Source of the DNA: Podospora anserina
Lineage: Eukaryota
Direction: 5' to 3'
Assembly: GCA_017654855.1 (NCBI GenBank)
Contig: CM030337.1
Span: 310,001 to 374,000 of the forward strand
DNA length: 64,000 nucleotides
Both the position numbers and the translations under genes were made by a program. Positions within the stretch are counted from its first letter, which is position 1. Each line of letters opens with the position of its first letter. Below the pieces are notes generated by a model that saw nothing but the letters and a program-made list of their open reading frames with translations, was not told where the DNA came from and did not search any database. Positions 23,788 through 37,200 of the stretch are shown here, one piece after another.

Positions 23788-24822
23788 GATGACCTGGGAT
23801 CACCGGTGATCTTTCATGTCATGCCTTTGGTGGGGAGCGTAAAATGGTGGCCGTTGTCGTTTGCTGTCAAATGTTTTGTGTGGTCAAACGGGACCGTGTT
23901 GAATGCACGTCAATGCCGTCGACGCGATGGGGCCAACCGCTCCTGAGCTCCACAGCCTAATGTGGGGAGCTCTTGGCACACTGTCGTGCCTGGAAAACTG
24001 GGTTGGGGTTGTTGTTGTTGATCGAAACAGGGTTAGGGTTATTCCTTCGGCCTTCACATCAGCATCTCAACCAAAGAATTGCTTTTCTACAGTAGTGGTC
24101 GTGGTTTGCAAACTTGGGAAATATTAAGGCATGCTAAAACGAATATGGAACAGAACTGCACTTGAATTCCCGCACAAGCACAGGAAAACTCTAGTCATGT
24201 TGGTATGAAAAAAAACGTCATCAACATTTCAAGCTGGAGTCATACATGAACGATTTGCATCAGCTTTTGAATTCTTCTGTTGTGCTAGCTCCCTTTCCGA
24301 GCTTCATCTGTGGGGAATAGGCCGCGCGCATGATACCTTGCTCTCTCCCCGACCAAACCCATCCTATCATCCATCCTCTGCCCGCCCGAGAATCTCTACC
24401 CTTTCCTTGCCTGACCCGCACCAACGAGAAATATACAAACCCACACCCCCTGCTCCGTGTGTGAAGAACGCCTGGCTAGTGTGATATAAGTGCCGAAAAG
24501 GACAAATTACAATAAACGATAAACAAATTGTAGGGTGAAAAGAAAAGGTAAACGCCAGCGGGGTGGAGGGGGTGTAAGAAAGAGAGAAGGATCCCACCAT
24601 TTTATCGTCTTGTATGAGTGAAACGAAATAAAGCTTTTGTTTTCCCGGCTCCTCGCTCCCTACTCCAAGTTCCCATACATGAATTGAAAATAAAATCAAC
24701 AACTCATAACGGACGGCATTCGCAAAGGTAAAGTATCTTTCCCCTTTCTTTCTCGCTACTCATCCCTGGGTATCGCTTGAACACAGGCCGTCGAGGGTAC
24801 GATATGTCGTGGTCTCGTATCT

Positions 24823-27061
24823 CTATCGGGGCGTCGAGGAATCCAGTTTGACATAGGCCTCCTGGACAGCCTTGATGTCGCGACCATCCATCTCCAAGAC
24901 CGTAACCCAGTCTCGAAGCTGGATACTTTTGCCTTTCTCCTTGTCCTCCCGCCAGGTGCCCAGACGGGGAGCCTTGCCATCCTGGGTCAGTGTGGCCTTC
25001 TCCGGCTGTGCTTTACTGCCAGCTGCTGAACCAGGGGTGCCTGGTTCTTGGCCACCGGTCGCTCGGGGTGTGCTTGGGCCACTACCAGACGTCATCCAGC
25101 TGTATTCCTTCTTCTTTTTCTTCCCAAAACTGCCCATCAAAGCGCTCAGGGTCTGGTTCGCATTGGCAGTGCTGGATGCCTCGGATAGTCTGGCGGCTGC
25201 CGCACCCTTCTTTAGTTCCTTTTTGGAAGGCGCTTTGGCGGCCTCGCCGTCGGGTGCGACTGAACCAGGTGTACCAGGAACGATGGAACCTGCGCGAGAT
25301 CCAGTCTGGGCTGCATCTGGGTTTAACCGCTTTTGCCGCTTGCGAAGCCGAGCTTCTTCCAGATCTCGCTCAGACGTGGCATTCTGTCTCACAGCGGCGT
25401 TGAGGTCCTTGACCACCTTGGCACTCTTGGATGGCACTGGGGCGGTACTGACTGCTTCAAAGGAGCCTGCAGGGATAGGTTAGCAGGGTATACTGCACAC
25501 GCCAAATCATGTTTTTCATACGCTTGCGGGGGTTGCCGTTGGCCGTGTCGGCGGGAAGGGAATCAAGACCGGTTCGTAAAGGTACGGCAACATCAGCCCA
25601 CTCTTGGGGGATCTCGCCATGAGAAGTTGTCTGCCGAATATTGGCGATGCCATTGGCTTCCTCGAGGAGCTCTCTCAGACGGTGCTTTGTGGCGATCGAC
25701 AAGAGTGCAAGTTGATCGACCAAATAAGCATCATGAGGGATAAAACACCCCTTTGTAGAGACAACCATGCCATCAGGGCCGTGTCTGGATGTCACTGTCA
25801 CCTTAGGCTGAGGAAACTCTTGGGGAGTCCGCATTTTACCCATGGTTTGCTGCTGGTTCTTGAGCTCCATATTGAGTGTGAGCCCATGCTCCTTCGCAAT
25901 TTTGTCCGCGCGATAATGCAGGTTAGGGACGATCAAGAAAGGGTTCCTGAGCTCATTGCTTCGGGTAACAGCCAATCTTTGGGCTGCCTCGTCCCAGGCT
26001 CGCTTGGCAGCCTCGGCTTCAAACTGCTCCTGACTGAGCCCGGTGGCCTCAGCTGGTTGATTCGCTGAACCAGCACCATAAAATGAGCCCTTGTTGCCTG
26101 GCGCGTTGGCTGGCAGGCCGGTTCTTGCCTCCTGAGCAAACGAACCACCATACAGCTCCGCTAGGTATTGTTCCTCGGCCCTCAAATCCACGCCTGTTCC
26201 AGCGAGAGCATCGCTCACGTCATATTCGTACTCCTTCGTAGTAACCGGCTTCGATGGAGGCAACATGGCACCCGGAGTGGAGGGAGGGGGACCAATCGGT
26301 GCCATTGTGGCATTGGTATACTGTTGCTGTGGAGCTTGCTGGACGGGTTGAGGCTGTATTGGTTGCTGAACCGACTGCGTATGTTGGGGCTGCATCGGCT
26401 GTTGGTACTGCTGGCCCTGCTGATACTGCGGAGCCGGCACCTGCTGTTGCGGGTGCGCCTGTCCATGCTGCTGTTGGGTTGGCTGCACCTGCCCAAGCTG
26501 CTGGGCCTGCGGAACTTGGTGCTGCTGTTGCTGATATTGCGGAGCCTGATGTTGTTGAGGCTGCGGGGTGTGGGGGAGACTCGGGGTAAGAGGGGTTGTC
26601 GGTGTTGGGGTGGCAGTCATCGAGGGTCGGGCTTCAGGCAATGTCAAGCCTGGTTGTTGAGCCGGGGAAGCGGCAGAATGTCCATTCACACCATACTGAG
26701 AGGCATACGACGGCGCATTGGGAACCGGAGTGGGCATGTTGGTGTAGTTCGGAGATGTAACAGTGTTCGGAGATGCAACGGCTGCCTGTGGACTCATAGC
26801 ATACGTCGGCGTACCGTATTGCGACTGTGGTTGCGACGGGGTCTCGACCGATGTTCGGGGTCTCTTATTCGGCGGAATCGAGTACTGAGGCTGTGGAGTG
26901 TTGGCAGGCGAAGCCGACTGCTGGGGAGGAGAGTAATGTTGTTGCTGCGGCGGTCTTTCCTGCTGCTGTTGCGGCATCTGCATTTGCTGCATTTGCTGCA
27001 TGTGAGGCGAGACCTGAGGAGGGTGAGACACCTGGGGTGCCTGGGGTTGTGGTTGCGCCAT
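24823..27061 (-). CDS. TAF4: TFIID subunit 4
   Basis: Q/P-rich N-terminus, DVSDALAGTGVDLRAEE, histone-fold LALLSIATKHRLRELL, ANANQT and IQLRDWVTVLEMD. Intron 25467-25521. Confidence 0.88.
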
Positions 27062-28039
27062 CTTTGAAAAGAGCGAAATCGATAATTCGACTTTGCCTGG
27101 TGAGCTTGGAAGTGTGGTCGAAGCGGTTGACTGTCGGAAGTTCTGACAAGAAAAAGTCGAAGTCGCGTTCGATGTACCCAACAATTCTGGTAACTTCACG
27201 GTCGGGAGCAGAAGCTATCGCGATTGTGGGAAACTAAATGAGGGTTGGTCGCCTGTATAGAGAGAGGGCAGGAAAAAGGCGGGACTGCTCTAGGTGCGGT
27301 GGGAAAAGCAGAGGGTCGAAAGAGGGCCTCGATCTTTGGTAGAAAGTAGAAGCTCCTTCAGACCCGAGCAGGCGCACCTGCGTAGCCGGCCAAAGCACCC
27401 TGCCCGGTACCCATCCGACACTCGCTCTGCAATGGGCAAAAGTCGATCAATCGGTTCTCTGATGATTCCTGCTCGTGGTCCGCTGGATTTGGGAGTTGCG
27501 CAATCGATTGGGAAGCGGCGCGGGCTGTTGTCGTCGTGAATCGCCTGGAAGGATGTCAAGATTTGAAAGCAGAGCTAACGCCTCACCTCCGAGTCTGTCG
27601 CGTCCAGCCAGGTCACGTGGTTACCACCCAGATAAAGTGCCAGACCGTGGCCCCACGAGGCCCGTGCACCTGCTTCACCTTAAGCTTGGGCCACCCCACC
27701 GCCTTTTGGTAGAGCAGCTGGCAGCTGCCTCACTGAGCCGCATCGCGCCGGCAGATCTTACAGTATTCAACCTTTTATCTTTGGTCTTATTCAACGACAA
27801 CAACCACCTGATCACCAGCAACTTTGAATAGCCCAGTCGCCATCTTCGCAGCAATACCTATACACTTCGACTTTGCGGGAATATTGCCTCTTGTATTGCT
27901 GCCAATTTTTTCACAAAGTTGCTGCAACACATCCACCTCCCTGCTCTCGATATAATTCTTGCAAGCAGTTTTACAAGAGACGTGGGTTCCTGAAACAACT
28001 AACAAGATATTCGATCACGTACACTTATCACCTCCCGCA

Positions 28040-31029
28040 ATGGCCTCCAAGCGCAAAGCTGCCGCCATGGCCTCGGCTACTGTAACCGAGGAGCCTGTTG
28101 ACCCCAGTGACGAGCTGATGTTTCTCTGTCTTGGAGGAGGTAATGAAGTTGGCCGTTCATGTCATATCATTCAATACAAGGGAAAGACAGTCATGGTATG
28201 TGCTGAGATGAGGTCAGCGCTCTTCTTATCCTGTCTTAGCTGCTAATGTTTTGTTTGTCATCTAGCTTGATGCCGGCCAACATCCCGCCTATGATGGGCT
28301 TGCAGCCCTTCCGTTCTTTGACGACTTTGACCTGAGCACTGTAGATGTGCTTCTCATCAGCCAGTAAGTTGCCCTCTCCGAGTCTAATAGCCCCCTTGGC
28401 GAAACAAGAGTAGCATGGTGTTGGCTTGGGACAACAATGGGTGGAGGTAGACTTGTAATGAGTCGCCGTGTCACTGTCACTCTGTCACTCTTTTCAGCAT
28501 CATGTACCGTCCATCAGCAACATCATCTCTCCATATGTATTCATATATCAAATACAAGATCTTGTCGCCATTACCACCCCCTGCCTTCATCGTTTCATGC
28601 CACCGTCCCCTGTGAAGCTTCTCTTAAATCATCATGAGAACACACACCCTGACTGACTGAAATAGTTTCCATATCGATCATGCTGCCTCATTACCCTATG
28701 TCTTGGCAAAGACAAACTTCCGCGGTCGTGTGTTCATGACACATCCCACTAAGGCTATCTACAAGTGGTTGATCCAAGACAGCGTCAGAGTCGGCAACAC
28801 ATCGTCCAACCCAACAACGCAGCTGGTCTACACAGAACAAGACCACTTGAACACATTTCCCCAGATCGAAGCCATCGACTATCATACAACACACACCATC
28901 TCGGGCATTCGGGTGACGCCATACCCAGCCGGCCATGTGCTCGGCGCAGCCATGTTTCTTATTGAGATTGCAGGTTTGAACATCTTCTTCACCGGCGATT
29001 ACTCCCGCGAGCAAGATCGTCACTTGGTATCAGCCCAAGTGCCAAGAGGCGTGAAGATCGATGTCTTGATCACCGAGTCAACATACGGCATTGCCTCCCA
29101 CGTCCCACGTTTGGAGAGAGAACAGGCCCTCATGAAGTCCATCACAGGCATTCTCAACAGGGGTGGCCGTGTTCTGATGCCCGTTTTTGCCCTCGGCAGA
29201 GCCCAGGAGCTTCTTCTTATTCTAGATGAATACTGGGGCAAGCATGCCGAGTATCAAAAGTACCCAATCTACTACGCCAGCAACCTCGCCAGGAAGTGTA
29301 TGCTGGTGTACCAAACATATGTTGGTGCGATGAACGACAACATCAAGCGTCTGTTCCGGGAGCGCATGGCTGAGGCTGAGGCGTCTGGTGATGGTGCCGG
29401 TAAGGGTGGGCCGTGGGACTTCAAGTTCATCCGCTCGCTCAAGAGCATTGATAGGTTTGAGGATGTGGGCGGGTGCGTGATGCTTGCCAGTCCCGGTATG
29501 CTGCAGAACGGTGTCAGCAGGGAGCTTCTTGAGCGGTGGGCTCCCAGCGAGAAGAACGGTGTTATCATCACCGGTTATAGCGTGGAGGGCACGATGGCCA
29601 AGCAGATCATGCAGGAGCCCGAACACATTCAAGCCGTCATGTCGCGGAATACCGGTGGAGGCAGGCGAGGCCCTGGAAGAGACGCCGAGAAGGTTTTGAT
29701 TCCGAGGCGTTGCACCGTCCAGGAGTACTCTTTTGCCGCCCATGTCGACGGCACCGAGAACAGAGAGTTTATTGAGGAGGTTGCGGCACCCGTAGTGGTC
29801 AGTTCCTTTTGCATTTTTTCATTTGACGAGTTTTCCTAACATGACAATCAGATTCTTGTCCACGGCGAGGTTCACAATATGATGCGTCTGAAATCCAAAC
29901 TGCTCTCTCTAAACGCGAACAAGACAAGCAAGGTCAAGGTTTTCAGCCCCAAGAACTGCGAGGAGCTCCGCATTCCATTCAAGACCGACAAGACTGCCAA
30001 GGTTGTCGGCAAGCTTGCGTCGATCCTACAGCCTCTGAGCTCCCCCGAGGAGCCCCAGCTCATCACCGGTGTTCTCGTCCAGAACGACTTCAAGATGTCA
30101 TTGATGGCGCCTGAAGATCTCCGCGAATTCGCTGGTCTTACCACCACAACCATCTCTTGCAAGCAGCGCATGAGGCTCAGTGCCGCGGGCGTCGACTTGA
30201 TCAAGTGGGGCCTGGAAGGAACATTTGGTACCATTGAAGAGCTCCCAATCTCGAAGAAGCTGTCTTCAAATGGAGAAGACCACGACATGAATGGCTCTGG
30301 ACAGGAGGTGGCCGACGAGGAGCTTTCCGTCGACGAAGTACTCGCTGCCTATCTCGTCATGGGCGTAATCACGGTTCGCCACCGGTCCAACGGCGAGGTC
30401 GAAATTGAGTGGGAAGGAAACATGCTCAACGATGGTATCGCAGATGCGGTAATGGCCGTCTTGCTAGCCATCGAATCCTCCCCAGCAGCAGTAAAACGTA
30501 AGTGTTTAGTTCGCGCCCCTTTTCTTGTTTATCTATACTAACGTAAAAACCAGGCTCTGCCTCCAAAAACCCACATTCCCACTCTCACTCGTTCAATCTC
30601 CCCGTGCGGAACCTGCACTCTAACCTCTCCGCTACCGAACGCCTCGAGCGCCTCATGCTCTTTCTCGAGGCCCAGTTCGGGGCAGACAACGTCTCCCCCA
30701 TCGCCGAGCCCAAACTGTCCCCTGTTCCCCCTCCCCAGCCAAAGATCAAATCTTCCGAGGGTGACGACGAAGAAGCAGACGCCAGCATGGACGTCTCCGA
30801 GGACGAGGAGCATGGAGCTACGCAGCTGGCCCAGAGAAGAGAGGCCGAGCTGGCGAGGCTGCACAAACTGGGCATTCCCGTGCCAGGGATCAACATCAGG
30901 GTGGACAAGATGGAGGCCAAGGTTTGGCTGGAGGGTCTGGAGATTGAGTGTGGCAACAAGGTGTTTGGAGATCGGGTGAGGGCCGTGGTGGAGAGGGCCG
31001 TTGAGGTTACTGCGCCTCTATGGGGGTAA
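28040..31029 (+). CDS. YSH1: Pre-mRNA 3'-end endonuclease Ysh1/CPSF73
   Basis: [11 protein letters not shown], spliced [42 protein letters not shown] and SFAAHVD. Introns 28196-28265, 28364-28665, 29798-29851, 30498-30553. Confidence 0.97.
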
Positions 31030-32191
31030 ACGTCTCCACACAAAATATGACGGGTTGGTGCAACAGAAGGCGTTATTTAGGATTATCGGTTTTCTCAATG
31101 GCTAAAACAATGACTGCCTGGAATGGGGTGAGGTTGTGTACTAATTGGAGAGTGTTTATTGGCGTTGTTGGCAGACCTCTGCGCTACAAAATATGATGAT
31201 AACCATCCTTACTTAGAAGAGAATATGCTACAGGTGTGAGATATGCAACCCAACCTGGAAGGAAGATGTCACCACATGACCCCTGAAGCGGCCCAGAAAA
31301 CATATGAAGAAAAGCTTATTTCCACGTTCTGTGGCTCCCCAATTCCTACATATTACCAGGGGTTGGGTCAACAAGCCTCTGGAACACGTATCTACGTATC
31401 TACCTACCTTGTCGGCTGCCTTGATGGTGCATGGATGAGTGCGAGTCTGAGTGTATGGCCAGCAGGCATTTTTCCCGTCCTGGGAATGGAAAAGGGTGGG
31501 GGTGTGTAAGCGGGTGGTCTCAATCCTGCAGCCTCAAAACATAAAAACGTGGGGTTTGTCTTCTGACCTCGTGCATCGGGAAACAGATTACAGCTTGAAT
31601 CCAGTAATATCTCTCGCCCTCTGACCTCTCTTATCTCTACAGATGAACGGGGCAAGCCATTGTGGTACGTATGTATATCATGCAGTAATGCCACTGGCTG
31701 TTCTCTCACTCTTGAAAGAGAGCACTTGCACTGTTTCACTCGGCAGCAAACCCATGATTGATCGGGATTCTTATTCATACTTCTATCTCATACTTCATAC
31801 ACAGTCGGGTTATTTAATAACAATTAAAAGGACATATATACTTTTTGAAGTTGTTCTCTCCTCCGACTCTTCTTTGTATTGGTCGTACCAATGCGCCCTT
31901 TTTTGACTTTTTTTGTTGTCCTCTCAATCGTACGCCGTGATACAGTCCCGCCGTCATTTTCCCCATTAACTCCCCATGCGATGCAAAAAGCAACAAACCA
32001 GTACCCCCAAACCAAACGAGAAGCGATATCCAACACCAAGAAAAGCCAAATCATATCCGAAACACCAGTCGCTCGCTTGCCCTGAATTTGCCTTTTTCAT
32101 TCAACAAACCCAAACAACCATGCTAAAGTCGAGCCCACTCCGCAGAAAAGAAAAAGAGGAATTTGAAAATGCCGATTGAAGGGAAAGGCTT

Positions 32192-34238
32192 TCAAAGCTT
32201 GCGCCCAAACATAAAGCTCCCATACATTCCGCCAACCTCAGACCTCGCAACTGGGATCTTTCTCATGCCCCAGGAATCAGCTCCCATCTTCCACGACCGA
32301 CGCCCATCGTCCCTGACAATAGGCTTGCCAGTCGTCGCGTCCTTCAGCGGCTGTCTCACCAGCCATCCTCGGCTGCCACACTCTGACATCTTCCAGCCAG
32401 CACGCTCCACCGCCGCGGCCGACTTCTTCACCCTCTTGAACACATCTTCGGCAACCTCGATAACTTCCAATGGCTCAGAAAAGTTCTTGAGAATGGCGCA
32501 GCCGCTGCTAAAAAGATAGACCAGATCGAGCTCCTGGCCCCAGAAGTCAGACAGGTCCAAATACTTGAGAGTATGAGGGACCCAGTCCAGCTGCATCTGC
32601 ACATCATCCTCGGTGTTCTCGTCAGGAACGAAAAGGCGGTTGACGTCCGCCAAAGTGAGAGAGCGGCCTATGGCAAGCTCCTCGAGATGCTTGGTCAGCG
32701 GCCGGAGAAGCTCAACATGGGAGGGCTCCATCTTGCTGCCCTTCAAGCTGAGAGACTTGAGGGTCCTGGGAAGAACAGGAAGCAATTCGTTGAGGCTCTC
32801 GGCGTCGAAAAGCTGGTGGCTTCTGGCATCGGTGGCCAAGCTCAAGAACTCGAGCTCCTTGGCGGCAGGGTGGTTGGTCAGGAAGTCAATGACGCCCCTG
32901 GCACTCAAAAGCGTGCACTTGGCCAGATTGAGATGTGTAATGCGGGCAGTCACCGGGATCGCAGCAAGGGCAGCGTCTGTTATACGCGTACCCGCAACAT
33001 CGAGGTGCGTAAGGTGGTTTAGCCTTGGGAGAATGGTCTCGAGCACGACCGAGGGCAGGGTGAGGCACTTGTGCAGTGAGAGACGACGGATCGAAAGCAC
33101 AGGGGGCCAGTCGGGCGACACTATCGATGCGAAAGCCTCCTTGAACTTGGTCGACGTGCAACCGCAGAAATCCACCGCCTGCAGCCTCGGCAAGCCAAGG
33201 AAGAGCTTCCGCAATACATCGGCGTTCAAATCATCGTCGAGGTATTCCTGCGCAAGAAACTCTTGCAGGTTGGGGGTGAGGTCGAGGCATCGGAGGAGGG
33301 TCTCTGAGGTAAGGTTGCGCGCTTGCGAGCGTTCGGCCGCTGTGGAGAAGAGCTGCGCAGGGTTGAAGTGGCAAAAATCAAGCCGCCGCACAATTGTGCC
33401 CAGGGTGGAGTGCTCCGAAATGTGGGCAAGGAACTTTTGGAAAATTCGCGAGTGGGGAATCGTGATCTTGCTGTAGAGAGTGGTTAAGGTCGCGATGTGA
33501 AGCGTCCGCGAGGTCAGCAACAACGACATGAGATCGACATTGCGCCTCGAGACCCCATTGGGGGGGACATCAAGGGCAAGAAGGTTGATGATGGAGGCTG
33601 GATCATGTCAGCATGACTATTTTGGATAGGCAGTAATGGGGGGGGGACAACGTACTCAAAATCTCAGTCGGGAGTCTCTCGAGAGGAGCATCGCCGGGTC
33701 TGTTGGCACCCCCACGCTTGGTGGGCTTGGGCGTGTCCTTGAAGACTTGATGAAGGATCTGGAGGTCTCCAAAGCTCTTACTGGCAAGTTTTCCCTTGAC
33801 CTGAATCTCCTTCCAGCCTCTGAAGGAATCGGCGGGAGTCCAATATCCAAGGAGCCGGCTGTTGGGGTTCGTGACAGGCGGCAGGAACTTGGTGGGGGGT
33901 TGAGTGTGAGGTTGAGTGTGAGTGTGGGTGTGAGTCTGAGTTTGGATCATCTTCAGTTCCTGAGAATCGGTGCTAGAAGTCGATCCTGTCGGGCTGGGAG
34001 GAGAGAGCAAGTCGTCGATGGCCTCAGGGTCGAGATAAGATGAAATCTTTGTTTTGGAAAAGCACTGGGGTAGGGTGCTTTCGTTTTCCCGGATGGACGA
34101 GAAAGAAGAGCGGGATGCCCGGTCCGGGGTGGCAGGCCGATCCCGGGTCATGGTTAAGTAGTCCGGGGAGCAGTCCCTCGAAGGTGTTCCCAGGGGGGAG
34201 ACGTGCAAATGGGCTGGTCTCGGCTTGGAGACCGCCAT
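32192..34238 (-). CDS. F-box/leucine-rich-repeat protein (yeast YLR352W-like)
   Basis: F-box start LERLPTEIL, multiple LRRs (LTHLDVAG, ITHLNLAKC, LKSLSLKG) and C-terminal SWGMRKIPV...GGMYG. Intron 33598-33655. Confidence 0.85.
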
Positions 34239-37200
34239 GGGGAAAGACAGCGGCGACAGGGTGAGGGATGTGTTGGGACGGGCTTGGCTGGGGTCCGGGG
34301 AGAAATTGCAGCGCCGGCAGGTCAGGTGTGCGATGCAAGAAAGAGATGGCGACAGGGCCGTTCCAGAGAGATTGATTCGATCCGATGGATGGTCAGAGCA
34401 ACAGGGCAGGGTGTTCAGGCACCGTTGACAGCTGCTTGATCTGTTGAGGGGGGCCCAAGCCGTGGTCTCACAAGACTGTCCAAAAGGAACGAGGGGGCTT
34501 TCTATTAGTCAAGGCAATGGCTTCTTAGGTAAGAGGAAGTCTGCGATGGGTGCAGTGATGCGGGGAAGGTTGCGAGCTTGGTGTGGTTTTTTTTTTCAGA
34601 TTCGGGATCCGCAATTCGTGGTCAGCCCTGCTATTTCTGACTATAAAATGCTGTCTGTCTCTCTGCACTCAGTGAATGATGCAGGGAGGGCGAGAAAGGT
34701 CGGAATGGAAAAGACGTGCGTCTGTCGAGGTTCCGACAGTGCGGTTCTGTCCTTAGCCTCGTGTTATTTTGTTGCAGGTAAGCAAAGCAGGTTCGCCCCA
34801 ATTTCTGACTGAACAGATCAGGCACGAGCGGTGTAGCTTGTTTTCGATGAGTCGAGTCTGCGACCAAGATCACTCGATGACGACGGTTGATGAAACGGAG
34901 AGTTTGATGGAGCAGAAGAGCTCAGCGGAGGGATGGGGCCTGCAGTTCGAGAGCAGTTGCACAACGGCAAAGTCAACAATTGGATATGATGTGTAATGTT
35001 GCGAGGTATGAGTAGGAGGTGTAGTATCAGTTACGGCAGATGCAAGACAGTTGCGCACAAGCACATGGCGGGTTTGAATTAAATAGGGGACGTTAAGGCG
35101 GGAACCGATGCAGGCCGAGAAACAAGCTCGGAGCACGGCTCCAACAAGCTGGAAAAGTCTTTATTACTCATGGAAACTAGCGAGAATGGCCAGAGCCTTT
35201 GTCACCTGGACATCGCATCGGCCATCGGCGCTCCGTCTGGGCGGTTGCCGCATTTTTTTATGTACACTTCACCTCGCACCGCGAACTCGGCGACAGGACC
35301 CTGCCGTCAATCAAGACTTCGCCCCGCTGTCTGCAGCAGACATGTGGAAGCTGGAAGCTGCTGCTAGAATCGGGCAGCCTACACTGGTGTTCATCTTTCT
35401 TTTCTTGTCTGTCGTCAGTTTGCGAACGGCTAGTGACCGGTAACCAAGATTTAAGCATATTGTCCCTGGCGAGCCAACCAAACAGCCCAGAGCTGCTGTA
35501 CAAACGGTACAAATGATATAAATTCCAACCGCAACCCTCCCTCTCCAAAACAAAGAAGAAACACCAAGCAAGGCGCGAGACGGCCAGCAGTTGACGAAAA
35601 TTGCGCCAAGCCGTGCCTCATAACAGCCCGAACCGCTGATTCTCTGCTCACACGAATGCCCGAGTTTCTCTGACATGGCATAACATCATCGGCGAGCCGT
35701 GAGGAGGTGGTGGTCGAGAGGTGGCCAACCGGCGCAGCCAGCGGTTGACAGAGCTTGCCGGTACGTAATGGTTTGAACTTCTCCACCAAACCCTTCCAAC
35801 ACTGCAGGAATTTTTCCTGCTTGCCCAAAGAGCACTGGTTGCACTGGTCCTCGCTTTGCAACCTTCCCCTCTGCTCCCGTGATGTTTTATTCGGCCAATT
35901 ATTAGAGCAGTTCCTCTTGTTATGGCATCAATCTCCATGTTGGTCTTTGTACAGTCGGCTGATCTGGCGTGACGTTGCCTTGTGCAAAACCGTGGCCTCC
36001 CATAGGTTGAAAATGCAATTTCTTACCTAATCATGGTCGGTGACGTGAGGCATTGCCCCTCCCTCACCTCACCCACAAACGACATGGCACAACCACACAA
36101 CCTCAAGGTGCTCGAGATATCCGGACCCGGCGAAGTTCAACAATCAGACATGCCAGGCGTGCCAGATCAGACGCCGAATCAGCGCCGAGAGACAGCTCAA
36201 ATGCTTCCTTCGCCTGCTGATCACATCAGATCCTATGACTGCATCGGTCAATGGCTCTGCTGCTTTTTTTGCCCTTTGCCGCCCTCGAGCTCCAGCTAGC
36301 CTGCCGTCCCGGTTCCTGGGTGCTTTGTTGGAACCAATCTATCAACCAAAACCCATAGCGTCTCATGACTGTCAGCACCATCGCCAGCACAGCACTTTGC
36401 AGGGCCAAGACACATCTGGCCAGCCCGACCTGCCAAGGAGCCAAGTCATGTCCAACTCGCCTGAAAGGAGGCTCGTTTTGTTCACGTGGTGCTTGATCTG
36501 CTGCCCTGTCGCGGCAGGTCGTCTGCCAAACGATCCCGGGGGCCGGAGCCGCGTGCAGCCGTTTCTGCGCTAGCGATGCTGATTCCAGGTTGTTGTTGTA
36601 AGAGGATTTTTCTTTCCGTTCAACCAACCCTTGTTGTTGTCCCTGGACATCTTGCTGCTCGATGTACCTTAGCTTCTCTTTTACCCCACAGATTTTTTTG
36701 ACCTATCTGCAGATAGAACGGACCTCTCGGGCATCGGATCCGGATCTCTTGCCCGGCATGGTAGGTGACACTTCAACAACGTGGGTGGCACAGGGCTCGG
36801 CCTCGAAACGTTGTCATTCCAGCGCGGCTGGCGACATGAAGGGCATGCATTTCAACCCGAGATCACGCATGCTGTGTCACATACTAAACAACCGTCGGAA
36901 AGGGGCATCTCCTCGGAGGCTGACGATAGAGATGTGATCCTGAGAGTCGCCAGTTCTATGCCCATTAAAGCGACCCGCCCGGTTCACGTTCCAGCCCGCC
37001 GCACCCGCTTCCCCAGCTTTTTCGGCCCCTGAATGGGCCCTGACCTCCACTAGCGCCCTCACGGGGAGAGACGTCGTATCAGACGGCCTCACCTGATCTC
37101 TGTCATTATCCACCAGATTCCACACATAATATCGACTGTAGGGATTGTCTGCGCCTGTTTTGGTAGTGAGAACCTCTCCGGCAGTGCGAATGCGAGGGCC

